63,415 nt of DNA, from the NCBI GenBank assembly GCA_027858315.1, contig JAQICV010000041.1, positions 1 through 63,415 of the forward strand. Direction: 5' to 3'. Source of the stretch: Candidatus Woesearchaeota archaeon. GTDB lineage: Archaea > Nanobdellota > Nanobdellia > Woesearchaeales > UBA583. The notes under the pieces are model-generated. The model was given only the letters and a program-made list of their open reading frames with translations. It was not told the DNA's origin and did not search any database. The position numbers and the translations under genes were made by a program. This document shows, in pieces, positions 17,446-27,312 of this stretch; position 1 is the first letter of the stretch, and every line of letters begins with the position of its first letter.

Positions 17446-17913
17446 ATGACGCAGCAAGAACTCTCAAAGGAAGAGATTCAAAAGAGAATGGAATTGATGA
17501 AGGAAAATTGTATTTTCTGTAAAATTCAAAAAAAAGAAATTCCTTCAAAAATTATTTTTGAAGATGATATTTGTCTTGCAATTCTCGACATAAATCCTGC
17601 TACAATGGGACATTTACTTCTAATGCCTAAAGAGCACTATATGTTAATGCCAATGGTTCCAGATGAGATTTTAGGGCATTTATCTATCATCTCTAAATAT
17701 CTAGCAGACTTATTAAAAGAGACATTTAATCCAAATGATATTTCAATTTTTATTTCTAATGGTGCAGCTGCAGGCCAACAATCTCAACATTTCATGATGC
17801 ATGTAATTCCAAGGTATGAAAATGATGGACTTAATTTTGACTTATCAGGAAGTAGTCTTTCTTCAGAAGAATTAGAAAATCTTGCAATAAAATTAAGATC
17901 AAAATTGAATTAA
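17446..17913 (+). CDS. HIT-family protein with a degenerate histidine triad
   Basis: Hint-like 'CIFCKI' and 'NGAAAGQQSQHFMMHVIPR'. The triad reads H-F-M-M-H, i.e. the central His is Met. ATG at 17446 preferred over the TTG at 17434. Confidence 0.75.
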   Translation: MTQQELSKEEIQKRMELMKENCIFCKIQKKEIPSKIIFEDDICLAILDINPATMGHLLLMPKEHYMLMPMVPDEILGHLSIISKYLADLLKETFNPNDISIFISNGAAAGQQSQHFMMHVIPRYENDGLNFDLSGSSLSSEELENLAIKLRSKLN

Positions 17914-17991
17914 TTCTTATCGTGTCTAGTCAGAGTAGTAACTAACTATTATAAACGAGTTATTCAATAAATATCTTATATAATTATAAAA

Positions 17992-19830
17992 ATGGCTATG
18001 GTTAAAAAGGTTTTAATATTACTGATTGGGATTTTTGCACTGCTTAGCGTATCATACGCAACACAGGAGCAAATTCTAATTGAGTTAAATGAATTCGTAG
18101 ATCAGGAAGTTATCTACAATCCATTAAAGTTTGGCGGAACAGGCGTTGGTACTTGGTCTGATGCTAATGAGAATCAATCTTCATATTCTATTACTGGATA
18201 TGTTGTAGTATCAAATACAAATCCTAATGGAAAAACACTCTCGGATATATACATTTCATTAGATAATACTAATAATATGACTCTTCCGGTTTTACATCAA
18301 GGAAGAAATGGTACTTTTATTAGTAATAATCCTGCAAGTAATTTATTAGTTTTACATATTCCTGAGTTAATGACAGGAGAGAATAGTACTTGGGTTTATT
18401 CTGTAAACACTACAAGTATTAGACCTCCTTTAAATTTTACTTCAACATATTCAGATAGTAAAGTTTTAGCTGGTGATAATGTAACAATATATGATAGAGT
18501 TGAAAATGTATATGATAATGAAACTTATCAATTAAACACTTGTATTTATGGGATTAATGTATCTCAAACAACTGTGCCTGTTAATTTTTCAGGACTTATG
18601 CAAGATTATTTCTTTTTCCCTATTTCAACAGCAGGTTCTGATGCAACTAATGTAACTTATCCTGCAGCTTACGCAGATAAAACTCAACATTGGTCAGTTT
18701 TAGGTGGAGGCAATTCATGTTTGGATAAAGGTGCAAGTACTGATATTGAATACATAGTTTCAACTCCTTTAAATATTCCAAAGACAACAGATTATACAAT
18801 GCTTAATACAACACTAAAATATAATTTAAATAGTACAATATCTCATACTAGAGTTATAGATATTGTTGCTTTAAGTGAGGCATATTTGGATTTTGAGAAA
18901 AAAATTCTAAAACCTTCTCATCCAACACTTTATGGAAGTAATGTGACTTGGAATGTAACTGGCTATTTTGCAACTGATATTAATATATCTTATGTTTTAG
19001 AAGAAGTAACTTTATGGGTATCACAAAGAAATGTGAATGGTATTTATACTGACCCAAATACTGTAGATAATGATACTATTGCAACAACTGTTCCTTTAAC
19101 TGTAGAAACAAATCCTTTCGTTGTAGTAAATACGACATCCCCTTGGTCAAGTTCAAATTGGTTATTCAATTATTCCGATATTCCTTCTCCTATTGTTTGG
19201 ATGGATATTAATTTTTCAATTGATAATGATGGAACTCAACTAATTAATAGAAGTATTACTAAAAATGGTAGAGATATTTATATTAAAGAAATCTATTTAA
19301 TTATTGGTTATTGGTTAGAAATTAACAAAAATATTACTGCAATTTCAGATGATGAATATCATGTAAGAATCGATGTTCACAACAAAGGAAATCAAGTAAC
19401 TCCTGCAGATACAATTGTAACAATTTACGATTTCATTCCTGGAAATTATAATTTGACTGGTCCTTTTGTTTTTAGTAATTCGCCATGGTATACTACAGCA
19501 AATACTAGTAATAATATTTCTGGAATTTATAATGGTACACTTCATCAATGGGGTCTAGTTCCAACTGGAGTTGGAGGTTTAAATACTTCTTTTGCACAAG
19601 GTCCAGGAATTAGTGTTAATACTTCATGGAGTGCAGATTATAATGTTACAGGTATTGGAGATTACACTTTACTGGACATATTTATTACAGGTTTAGATCC
19701 TCAAAAAGTAGATGGTGCAGGTTCAACAAATACTGTAATTGTTACAGAAGTTATGGATAGACTAAAAAGTACTGAAGGAATATTTGCAGCAGTTGCAAGT
19801 GTTTTATTACTATTAGGTTTATTATTATAA
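17992..19830 (+). CDS. secreted, C-terminally anchored surface glycoprotein candidate (S-layer-like)
   Basis: Signal peptide 'LILLIGIFALLSVSYA', about 29 N-x-S/T sequons counted by eye, and a C-terminal hydrophobic anchor 'IFAAVASVLLLLGLLL'. Confidence 0.6.
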   Translation: MAMVKKVLILLIGIFALLSVSYATQEQILIELNEFVDQEVIYNPLKFGGTGVGTWSDANENQSSYSITGYVVVSNTNPNGKTLSDIYISLDNTNNMTLPVLHQGRNGTFISNNPASNLLVLHIPELMTGENSTWVYSVNTTSIRPPLNFTSTYSDSKVLAGDNVTIYDRVENVYDNETYQLNTCIYGINVSQTTVPVNFSGLMQDYFFFPISTAGSDATNVTYPAAYADKTQHWSVLGGGNSCLDKGASTDIEYIVSTPLNIPKTTDYTMLNTTLKYNLNSTISHTRVIDIVALSEAYLDFEKKILKPSHPTLYGSNVTWNVTGYFATDINISYVLEEVTLWVSQRNVNGIYTDPNTVDNDTIATTVPLTVETNPFVVVNTTSPWSSSNWLFNYSDIPSPIVWMDINFSIDNDGTQLINRSITKNGRDIYIKEIYLIIGYWLEINKNITAISDDEYHVRIDVHNKGNQVTPADTIVTIYDFIPGNYNLTGPFVFSNSPWYTTANTSNNISGIYNGTLHQWGLVPTGVGGLNTSFAQGPGISVNTSWSADYNVTGIGDYTLLDIFITGLDPQKVDGAGSTNTVIVTEVMDRLKSTEGIFAAVASVLLLLGLLL

Positions 19831-19861
19831 TTAAATACTTAAAATTATTTTTATATATAAG

Positions 19862-20611
19862 ATGCATTCGAAGAATAGATATTTAAAGTTTTTTTTAGCA
19901 TTCATAGTATTAGTTTTTTTATCTAATCTTGTTTATTCTAATGTTGAAGTTTTTTCAAATTACGATACTGTTGTAACAATTAATAGTGATAATTATATTG
20001 ATGTAAATAAAACTCTAACTCTAAAAAATGTTTATAGTGTAGGAATAGTTCCTGGACAAATTGAATTTAAAGTTGCAAAAGGAATTGATGGTAGTTTATC
20101 AAACATTGAAATTCAAAATGTTTCAGCAGTAGATCAATATGGGAAAGAAATTAAGACAAGAGTTAGAAATACTGACAAATACTCAGTGATTATAGTTGAT
20201 GTTTATTATCCTTTACTTCCTGGATTTGAATACAAATTTAACTTAAATTATCAATTAGGATATGATCCTGGTGGAATTTTTTTTAAGAGTTTACAAATAC
20301 CTTTAAGAGAAAGTACGATTCCTATTGAAAAAGGAGAATTTAAAGTAGTTCTTCCTGAGAATTATCATTTTACATATGTTGAAGAGAATACTGATACTAA
20401 AACTAGTATTGAGGGAAATAATGCTGTTTGGGAAATTAAAGATAATCTGCCTAATTCAATAGTATTTGAATATTCGTATCTTCCTATTTCAATAGGTTCA
20501 TTTAAAGGTTCATATATTTTTTGGATTACAATAAATATAATTTTACTGACTATATTATTTGTCGAAGTTAAAAGAGAAATTAAGAAGGTGAAAGGACAAA
20601 ATGATGTTTAG
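19862..20611 (+). CDS. secreted, C-terminally anchored protein
   Basis: Signal peptide 'FLAFIVLVFLSNLVYS' and a C-terminal TM 'IFWITINIILLTILFV' with a basic tail. Overlaps the next gene by 11 nt. Confidence 0.55.
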   Translation: MHSKNRYLKFFLAFIVLVFLSNLVYSNVEVFSNYDTVVTINSDNYIDVNKTLTLKNVYSVGIVPGQIEFKVAKGIDGSLSNIEIQNVSAVDQYGKEIKTRVRNTDKYSVIIVDVYYPLLPGFEYKFNLNYQLGYDPGGIFFKSLQIPLRESTIPIEKGEFKVVLPENYHFTYVEENTDTKTSIEGNNAVWEIKDNLPNSIVFEYSYLPISIGSFKGSYIFWITINIILLTILFVEVKREIKKVKGQNDV

Positions 20612-22301
20612 ATCATTTATTAAAAGTTTTATTTTAATTATTTTTTCAATTATTTTTTTGAGTAGTATAGTATACTCTATAAAAGTTGAAATTTCAATTA
20701 CAGAAGATAGTGCTGTAACTAAATTATTAAATGATAAATACTCTCTTGATGCAAGTGGAATTTTAACAATTAAAAATCCTTCAAATGTAAGTAAAGTATA
20801 TGAGTTTGTTCTTCCTCTAGACTTAGATTCATTAATTGGGATAAACAAAATAAATTTGCCAAATTCTTCGACATTTAATAATATTACAAATATAACAACT
20901 TCAATTTCACCAAATTCTGAAAAATTTGAATTTAGTTTTGATAAAATTAAAGGTTATATGATTGAACCAAATCAATCAATTAGTGTAGGATATCATATCT
21001 TTGGACTTTCCGAGTATAATATTTACAATAATTTAAATGATACCCAAAGTGTTTTAGATTATTATGTGAAATCTTATGATCTAGTTTCAAATGTTATTTT
21101 AAATTTGCAAAAACCACAAAGGGAAGATTTCGAATATAATATAGATGGAACTTTAAATAAAACTCCATCATCAAATTCTTCAAGACTGGTTTCAGCACAA
21201 ATTAGAAATCCTACTGATTATGATTATTTCATCGATGAATTAAAATTATATAAAACTTCAGTTTCAGACCCATTTTTTAATAATGGTGGAGTTTTAAATT
21301 CATATTTTAATCTCTCGATTAATCCTTTTGGTTATAGGGAAGTAGATTTTTACGATATAAATAGTGATGAAACTTCAGTATACTGGGTATCTTCTAGTGT
21401 TTTCATATTAACTGATATAAATTCAACATTAAGTAAAGTATACAAGCTTGAAAATAAAGGTGGTGGAAGTTCTGATAATGATGCTAATACTGGTGGTGGC
21501 GGTGGAGTATATATTAGTGATACTATAAAAGATTCAATCATTTTCAAAAAAGATGTTGATAAAACTATCATTTCTAAAGGTGATGAATTCAATGTAATAT
21601 TGACTCTTGCAAATGTAAAAGATAGAACTATTCTAGATTTAGAATTAAGTGATGAAGTGCCTGAAGGATATGAAATCAAAAATGTATCAACAAGCGTTAA
21701 AATTTCAAATAGGGATTTAACTTTTGATATTTCTAAAATTGAAGGATATGAAACAAAAAATATAATATATACTTTGGTTTCGAAAAAAGAATATAAAGGA
21801 ATTACATACTTAAAACCTGCAAAATTATCTCATAATGATGAGACATTATACTCTGAAGGTGTTCTTTTAATTAATGATATGCTCCCTGATCAAAAAATTT
21901 TCATTCAAAAAGAAGTAAAATATATGGATGATGATTATGCAAAAGTAATAATTACTGTGAAAAATTTAGGAAATTTTCATCTTGAAGATTTATTAATTTC
22001 AGATGAAATTCCTGATGATTCGATAATAAAGCAAATTTCGAAAGTATTTTTAGAGAGAGGAGTTTGGTCAATTAAATCTTTAAAGCCTGGAGAAGAATGG
22101 GAAGTCTCATATTTAATTTCAAGGGATGGTTCAAATTTTGATACCCTACCAAATATTTTTGGTGTAGAAAAATCAGATGTGTATGGAACGATGATATTTT
22201 CTGAAGAAATTGTCACAATCTTTAATGAAGAACCAAGAACTATAGAAAAAGTGGGGATGACTCTTGCAGTAGGCTTTTTGATAGTATATTTATTATTCTA
22301 A
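20601..22301 (+). CDS. secreted, C-terminally anchored protein with DUF11/CARDB-like repeat domains
   Basis: Signal peptide, Gly-rich linker (GGGSSDNDANTGGGGG), two '...V.I.V.N.G......L.I.DE.P.' modules and a C-terminal anchor 'MTLAVGFLIVYLLF'. Confidence 0.55.
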   Translation: MMFRSFIKSFILIIFSIIFLSSIVYSIKVEISITEDSAVTKLLNDKYSLDASGILTIKNPSNVSKVYEFVLPLDLDSLIGINKINLPNSSTFNNITNITTSISPNSEKFEFSFDKIKGYMIEPNQSISVGYHIFGLSEYNIYNNLNDTQSVLDYYVKSYDLVSNVILNLQKPQREDFEYNIDGTLNKTPSSNSSRLVSAQIRNPTDYDYFIDELKLYKTSVSDPFFNNGGVLNSYFNLSINPFGYREVDFYDINSDETSVYWVSSSVFILTDINSTLSKVYKLENKGGGSSDNDANTGGGGGVYISDTIKDSIIFKKDVDKTIISKGDEFNVILTLANVKDRTILDLELSDEVPEGYEIKNVSTSVKISNRDLTFDISKIEGYETKNIIYTLVSKKEYKGITYLKPAKLSHNDETLYSEGVLLINDMLPDQKIFIQKEVKYMDDDYAKVIITVKNLGNFHLEDLLISDEIPDDSIIKQISKVFLERGVWSIKSLKPGEEWEVSYLISRDGSNFDTLPNIFGVEKSDVYGTMIFSEEIVTIFNEEPRTIEKVGMTLAVGFLIVYLLF

Positions 22302-22425
22302 AAATTATGATATGCAAAGCAAATCTATTCTTTTGGTCCATACTTTCGCAAGAAATTAAAAATTTCTGTGCACTAAAAATTTATTCAAAATTTTTCTATG
22401 TCTTAATGAGTCAATTTTTTGACGA

Positions 22426-22494
22426 ATGTTAAAGAAAAGGTGGGTAGGGATGACTCTTGCTGTAGGTTTCTTAATAGTATATTTATTATTCTAA
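22426..22494 (+). pseudogene. orphan copy of the C-terminal anchor of the 20601..22301 gene (22-codon mini-ORF or gene remnant)
   Basis: Nt 22450-22494 match 22257-22301 at 41/45 positions. All 4 differences are synonymous, and both encode MTLAVGFLIVYLLF*. Confidence 0.5.
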
Positions 22495-22547
22495 TTATTA
22501 CTAATATTATATTGAATTTTCATTCATTTTTTTCTCAGATAAGTAAC

Positions 22548-22556
22548 TTTTATAAA
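22548..22556 (+). promoter_or_regulatory. TATA box for thioredoxin
   Basis: 'ttttataaa' lies 22-30 nt upstream of the ATG at 22578. Confidence 0.5.
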
Positions 22557-22577
22557 TTAATAGTATGTTTAAATTAT

Positions 22578-22901
22578 ATGACAGTAAAACATATAACAAC
22601 TATGGCAGAATTTCAAAAAGAAGTTCTTGATTCTGACAAACCAACAATCGTTGATTTTTGGGCAGAGTGGTGTGGTCCTTGTAGAATGCTTGGTCCTATT
22701 TTTGAAGCAGTTGCAACTGAGAGAGATGATATAGTCTTTGTAAAAGTTGATGTGGATGAAGCGCAAGAAATTGCAGGAAAATATGGTATCATGAGTATTC
22801 CTTCCATATTAATAATTAAAGAAGGTGAAGTAGTTGATCAACAAATGGGAGCTGTTCCTAAAGATGTTCTGAATTCTTTCATTGATAAAAACATTAAATA
22901 A
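22578..22901 (+). CDS. trxA: thioredoxin
   Basis: 'VDFWAEWCGPCRMLGP' active site; 107 aa from the internal ATG. The 53-codon N-terminal extension in the ORF track has no thioredoxin-like sequence and runs through the anchor remnant. Confidence 0.9.
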   Translation: MTVKHITTMAEFQKEVLDSDKPTIVDFWAEWCGPCRMLGPIFEAVATERDDIVFVKVDVDEAQEIAGKYGIMSIPSILIIKEGEVVDQQMGAVPKDVLNSFIDKNIK

Positions 22902-23051
22902 ATTTTTATTTTTTTAAATAGTTCTATAAATAATATTTTTTATTTTATGTACTTAAAAATCTTTGATATTTTTTAGAGACATTTGTAATAACTAAAATAA
23001 GATATAAAATTCTAAAGATAGATTTTTAAACAGAATTAACTTAAGTAAATT

Positions 23052-23729
23052 ATGTATAAAGTAATTGGAATTGATGAAGCTGGAAAAGGGCCAGTTTTAG
23101 GTTCTATGTTTATTGGTTTTTCTATAATTAATTTAGCTAATGGTCTAAAAGATTTAAATGAGTATCAAGATAATTTGAAAAGTATTGGAGTAAAAGACTC
23201 GAAACTTCTAACATCAAAAAAAAGGAATGAACTTTATCAAATTTTAAAAGACACTATGGATTTAAAATATGCTCAAATAACTCCTGCTTTAATTGATTCA
23301 AATAATGCTCAAGGAGGTAAATTAAATGAACTTGAAGTTGATGCTATTGTAAAAATATTGGAATCAGAAAAACCTGACCTAGTAATGATTGATGCACTAA
23401 CAGCAAATCCTGAAAAATTTGGACAAGATATTCTTAAAAAATTATCTTTTGAACCAAAAATGATTTCTGAAAATAAAGCAGATGTAAAATACACAATAGT
23501 TGGAGCAGCATCAATTGCAGCTAAAGAATTACGAGAACAAGAACTTGAAGAAATTAGAAAAAATATTGGAATTGATTGTGGAAGTGGTTATCCTGCTGAC
23601 CCAAAAACTAAAGCTTTTCTAAAAGAACACTACGAATCAAAAGAATTTGACTTCATATTTAGAAAGTCTTGGCAAACCTATAAAAATTTGGTTGGTGATA
23701 AGACAAACAAATCTTTGTTAGATTTTTAA
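23052..23729 (+). CDS. rnhB: ribonuclease HII
   Basis: 'IGIDEAGKGPVLGSMF' catalytic DE motif, 'DSKLLT' and 'ADVKY..VGAASI.AK'. Confidence 0.9.
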   Translation: MYKVIGIDEAGKGPVLGSMFIGFSIINLANGLKDLNEYQDNLKSIGVKDSKLLTSKKRNELYQILKDTMDLKYAQITPALIDSNNAQGGKLNELEVDAIVKILESEKPDLVMIDALTANPEKFGQDILKKLSFEPKMISENKADVKYTIVGAASIAAKELREQELEEIRKNIGIDCGSGYPADPKTKAFLKEHYESKEFDFIFRKSWQTYKNLVGDKTNKSLLDF

Positions 23730-24316
23730 TCTAGATGTTCAACATTACCAATATCATGATTCTTCAATTCTCTTTTTTCATCAATATCAATAATTGAAAT
23801 TGAAGCATTAGGTTTTTTAATTTCATAAACTCCAACTTCCCAAGGGATTTTTTTAAGAATTGAAAGAAGCATTTTTAAAGTTCCTCCATGTGAAACAACT
23901 AATATGGTTTTACCAAAATGTTCTTTATGAATTTCATCTAAAAACTTTTCAACTCTTTCTCTAAAAATTGTTGGGCGTTCAACACTAAATTTTTCATAAG
24001 TATCATCTTTCTTAACTTTCGGATAATCTACATTATCATAGCTCTCTCCCTCAAAATCTCCGAAATCTCTCTCAGTAATTTCATCCAAAGTTTTAATTTC
24101 TTTATTATGAAATTCATTAATAATTTGAGCAGTTTTCATTGCTCTCTTAAGTGGGGAAGATATAATTAAGTCAAAATCAAAATCTTTAAGGAACTCCGCA
24201 GTTTTCTTAACTTGGCCAATACCAACTTCATTTAATTCCTTATCAGTTCTCTTTCCTTGATAAACTCTTTTAGTATTTAAATCAGTCTGTCCATGTCTTA
24301 CTAGAATTAATTTCAT
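23726..24316 (-). CDS. histidine phosphatase (phosphoglycerate mutase-like) family protein
   Basis: 'LILVRHGQTDLN' RHG motif and 'VVSHGGT'. Start placed at MKLILVRHG. Confidence 0.85.
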   Translation of the reverse strand: MKLILVRHGQTDLNTKRVYQGKRTDKELNEVGIGQVKKTAEFLKDFDFDLIISSPLKRAMKTAQIINEFHNKEIKTLDEITERDFGDFEGESYDNVDYPKVKKDDTYEKFSVERPTIFRERVEKFLDEIHKEHFGKTILVVSHGGTLKMLLSILKKIPWEVGVYEIKKPNASISIIDIDEKRELKNHDIGNVEHLD

Positions 24317-24368
24317 TTTTTGTTCTCCGAGCAAAAAGATGCCCAAAAATTATTTTCAATTTTTAAGA

Positions 24369-26102
24369 TCATTTCTCCGTATAAAAATTTAATATTTGTG
24401 GTTTTCTAGTTCTAGTATTAACTAGGATAACTTTTCCAATATCTGGATACATTCCCATTTTTTCTTGATAATCACTCATCTCTACCCAACATCCACAACT
24501 AATTATCGAACATCCTTTATAATTGGCAAGACTCATTTTATGTGTATGTCCTGTAATGAAAAAATCAGGCATTTTTTTAATAACTAAAGGATCATTTTGC
24601 GAATCAGGAACATAAAGTGTAGATCCATGTGATGGTGCTAGGTGTCTCTTTTCAAGAAGGTACTTTACAACCTCTTCAGGAGACTTAACTCCACCTTTTT
24701 CCCTTAAGTGTTGTATCTTGTCTGCATAATAAAAAAAACTACCTCCATGATACAAATAAAAATCTAATCCTCCACTAGGATCCTTTGAAAAAAGACAAAC
24801 AGTTGAAGGATTCGAAACCATAATAACATTTTCCATATTATACAAAGCGTATGTTTTTTCATAAGATAATTTAAGTTGTGGTTCTGATAAACGAGAAGTA
24901 TCGTGATTTCCTGGAATTATAATAATGCATTTATCTTTTGGAATTTGAGAAAGCCATCTTGCAGCATCATGGTATTGTAATTCTGTTGAAAAAATTCTAA
25001 CATCCTCTCCTTGTCCTGGATAAACTCCTATACCTTCAATTATATCTCCTGCAATGACTATATATTTAACTTTTTTAGCAAGCTCATTAAGTTCATCTGA
25101 ACTAGTATTTCCATTAATCCAATCAATAAATTTTTGAAATGCCTCATCAACAAAAACTTTTGAACCAAAATGTATATCCGAAAGACATGCAACATAACCA
25201 CCATTCTCAGTTTTTTTAAGTTCAGAGTTATTAGGTGGAGAAGGGATAATTATTTCATCAGTCCAGATAATATTCTTTCCAACTTTGCCTAAAATTCCAA
25301 TACCCTCGTCCAAACAAAGTCCTGCAACTATCTTTAAGAGTTCTTTTTTATCTTTGTTAATAAAACATTTAATCTCTCCACCTTTATCTTCAATAGTAAG
25401 CATAATATGTCCATTTTTTGTTTCAATAATCTCTGAAACAAGTCCAATAACTGTAACTACTGTATTTGTTTCAAAAAGATCTTTAAGCTTAGAAATTCTC
25501 ATAACATTATCTGCATTAACTCTACCCTCTAGGAGGTTAGTAAAATATTCCAGTCTTTTTGTGAAATACAAAACAAAATCATTAACTGTAGTTTTTTTAC
25601 CTCTCGTAGTATAGTCAAAAGTTATATCTACTCCAAACTCTTTAGCTTTTCTTAAAGTATCTTCTTCAATGTCAAAATTATCTTCTTTTTCAAATATCTT
25701 AGGGTCAATCCTATAACCACTTTCATCTATTTTTCCATCAATTAATGACTTGTCATGTAATGGTTTTTCAGGAACATGAAGTCCAATTTCACTTTTAATA
25801 AAAAGAATAAAATTTTCATAGATTCTCTTTTTTCTTTTATTATTTTTTGCACTAAGAATTATTTCTGTGAAATCTTCCCAATTAATTTTTTGAAGTTTTT
25901 TAATATTATCTTCATTAAGATCAAAATCATTAATAATTTCTTTCAAATCATTATTTATAACTTTTAATTTAATATCTTTTCTAGCAATACTCTCAAGTTT
26001 ATTTAAAAAATCAAGTTTTTGATTTTCACTTTCAAATTCTAATTTTTCTATAAGTTCTATATCAAATTTTTCTAGAATTAATTCTATATCACTATTATTC
26101 AT
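24369..26102 (-). CDS. DNA polymerase II (PolD) small subunit DP1
   Basis: OB-fold region followed by a calcineurin-like phosphoesterase domain ('GDIIEG', 'IPGNHD', 'GHTH'); 577 aa. Confidence 0.85.
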   Translation of the reverse strand: MNNSDIELILEKFDIELIEKLEFESENQKLDFLNKLESIARKDIKLKVINNDLKEIINDFDLNEDNIKKLQKINWEDFTEIILSAKNNKRKKRIYENFILFIKSEIGLHVPEKPLHDKSLIDGKIDESGYRIDPKIFEKEDNFDIEEDTLRKAKEFGVDITFDYTTRGKKTTVNDFVLYFTKRLEYFTNLLEGRVNADNVMRISKLKDLFETNTVVTVIGLVSEIIETKNGHIMLTIEDKGGEIKCFINKDKKELLKIVAGLCLDEGIGILGKVGKNIIWTDEIIIPSPPNNSELKKTENGGYVACLSDIHFGSKVFVDEAFQKFIDWINGNTSSDELNELAKKVKYIVIAGDIIEGIGVYPGQGEDVRIFSTELQYHDAARWLSQIPKDKCIIIIPGNHDTSRLSEPQLKLSYEKTYALYNMENVIMVSNPSTVCLFSKDPSGGLDFYLYHGGSFFYYADKIQHLREKGGVKSPEEVVKYLLEKRHLAPSHGSTLYVPDSQNDPLVIKKMPDFFITGHTHKMSLANYKGCSIISCGCWVEMSDYQEKMGMYPDIGKVILVNTRTRKPQILNFYTEK

Positions 26103-26203
26103 ATATATTTGAAGATACTTTTATTTATATATTTTTACTTATGAATTTTCAAATAGATTTAAAAAACAAATAAACTTAAATACTTCCTAAATTAGATTAA
26201 CAT

Positions 26204-26554
26204 ATGGTTGAAACGGAAAGTGAATTATTATCTTTAATTTATTCGAATTTAAAAGAATTATTAGATCAAATTGAAGATAAGAAAATATTTGTTGAGTTAA
26301 TGAGGAAAAATTCAAATTTAGAAAGTCGACTTCATACTACAAACTTCAAACTTAAAATTTCAATTAATGGAATTAAAGATGAGGATTTAAGTGAATTAAC
26401 ATATAAAATGAATACTTACAAAAATAATCTCTCTTCGGCTCATTCAAATTTTTTGGGAAAATCTGACGAGAATTATAATAAAATAAAAAATATTGCAATA
26501 TTACAATTAAAAGATCTCTTCATTTGTGCATATGATTTAGGAATCCATTTATAA
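26204..26554 (+). CDS. hypothetical protein
   Basis: 116-aa ORF, helical and charged, with no motif recognised. Confidence 0.35.
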   Translation: MVETESELLSLIYSNLKELLDQIEDKKIFVELMRKNSNLESRLHTTNFKLKISINGIKDEDLSELTYKMNTYKNNLSSAHSNFLGKSDENYNKIKNIAILQLKDLFICAYDLGIHL

Positions 26555-26556
26555 AT
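26548..26556 (+). promoter_or_regulatory. TATA box for the RIO kinase
   Basis: 'tttataaat' lies 24-32 nt upstream of the GTG at 26580. Confidence 0.45.
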
Positions 26557-26579
26557 ACATATTTCTTACTAATATATAA

Positions 26580-27284
26580 GTGGCTAAAATTACTAGGGAA
26601 AAATTTAAAGTATATTCAGGAGTATTTGATGAATTTACTTTAAATACATTAGAATTTCTGAAAAGAAAGAATTACTATGACAAATTTGGAAAACCTATTA
26701 AAACTGGAAAAGAAGGTGATGTCTATTCAGCAGTAAAAGGGGAAGAAATAAGAGCAATTAAAATTTACAGATTAACTAATGCTAATTTCAAAAAAATTTC
26801 TGAATACATCAATCGTGATTTCAGATTTAGAAACATTAAAGGTAATTTAAGAAAATCAATTTTAGTTTGGGTACAAAAAGAATATCGTAACCTTTCAATA
26901 TGTCATAAGGCTAACATGAATGTTCCTTATCCTTACAAACAATCGAATAATATAATTATTATGGAGTACATTGAAGGAGGAATGTTAAAAGATATTCCTC
27001 TTTCAAATCCTGAAGAATTTTTTGATTTATTAATTGAACAAATGTATATTATGAAACATGAAGCAAAACTAATTCATGGAGACCTTTCAGAATTTAATAT
27101 AATGGTGAAAGATGATTTGCCAGTAATTATTGATATGGGTCAAGCAATGACAATAAAAAATAATGATGATTTCAAAGAATTTTACGATTTATATGAAAGA
27201 GATGTTAAAAATGTTGTAAGATATTTTAACAAAAGATATTCTCTTAATGTATCTGAAGAAGAAACTTTTCAAAAACTTTTATGA
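26580..27284 (+). CDS. RIO-type serine protein kinase
   Basis: 'GKEGDVYSA' P-loop-like motif, 'IHGDLSEFNIM' catalytic loop and 'IIDMGQA'. GTG start is forced by an in-frame TAA immediately upstream. Confidence 0.85.
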   Translation: MAKITREKFKVYSGVFDEFTLNTLEFLKRKNYYDKFGKPIKTGKEGDVYSAVKGEEIRAIKIYRLTNANFKKISEYINRDFRFRNIKGNLRKSILVWVQKEYRNLSICHKANMNVPYPYKQSNNIIIMEYIEGGMLKDIPLSNPEEFFDLLIEQMYIMKHEAKLIHGDLSEFNIMVKDDLPVIIDMGQAMTIKNNDDFKEFYDLYERDVKNVVRYFNKRYSLNVSEEETFQKLL

Positions 27285-27312
27285 AATAAAATTCAATAAA
27301 AATTTAAATTTT

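Noticed and set aside
22419-22577. N-terminal 53-codon extension of thioredoxin (track ORF 22419..22901, TTG start).
   Set aside because: The extension has no thioredoxin homology and reads out of frame through the duplicated anchor remnant. The ATG at 22578 has a correctly spaced TATA at 22548-22556 and yields a canonical 107-aa thioredoxin.
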